Source of the DNA: a virus
Lineage: Duplodnaviria; Caudoviricetes
DNA length: 32,871 nucleotides
Strand: one strand, 5' to 3'
Virus record (IMG/VR): IMGVR_UViG_3300033076_000833
Location: 1 to 32,871 of that record
Shown: positions 32,764 through 32,871 of the stretch, one piece after another
Numbering within the stretch: the stretch's first letter is position 1
Layout of the letters: every line of letters begins with the position of its first letter
Program-made: the position numbers and the translations under genes
Notes under the pieces: generated by a model
The model's input: only the letters and a program-made list of their open reading frames with translations
The model's database searches: none
What the model was told of the DNA's origin: nothing

Positions 32764-32871
32764 GGTGAACTCGCATCAGGTCTAGCACTGTCCCCCGTTC
32801 TTGTAAACGACGGACTACACCTGTCCCGTATTTGTCCATGAGCTGTTTTGGACTCATCCCCACCGTGGCCG

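Larger units (their letters stand above)
1..32871. mobile_element. Tailed dsDNA phage or prophage segment (Caudoviricetes, podovirus-like), probably most of the genome
   Basis: Colinear terminase-portal-scaffold-capsid-adaptor-nozzle-ejection-lysis block, plus lambdoid replication and recombination genes; no host housekeeping genes. Confidence 0.97.

Noticed and set aside
1-32871. Stop-codon reassignment, introns or inteins in core genes
   Set aside because: Core genes are full-length in the standard code and tightly coupled; no intein or homing endonuclease motifs noticed

Overview
The whole window is a ~60% GC tailed dsDNA phage or prophage with lambdoid gene logic and podovirus-type morphogenesis: no tail tube, sheath or tape measure, but an adaptor, a nozzle and several ejection-type proteins. 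Minus strand 1-2377 is an early replication operon: Cro-like HTH, RusA-like resolvase, second HTH, replication initiator with an internal ori candidate, and a DnaC/IstB-like ATPase running off the left edge. Plus strand 2470-6877 has two operons that share a promoter/operator motif. The first is a recombination operon: a low-GC cassette between exact 53-bp direct repeats, a single-chain 5'-3' exonuclease-RecT-like annealase fusion, and SSB. The second is an envelope-directed operon: an FGE-sulfatase/C-type-lectin-fold protein, a 30-aa membrane peptide and an SLT-like transglycosylase. Minus strand 6860-32871 carries small hypothetical genes, terminases, portal, scaffold, capsid, adaptor, nozzle, ejection proteins, fibre-like modules and a lysis cassette. 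No integrase, CI-type repressor, polymerase, RNA gene or CRISPR array was seen. The strongest candidate novel system is the Exo-RecT fusion plus cognate SSB, with a possible internal start for a stand-alone annealase. All family calls come from reading motifs by eye; no searches were run.
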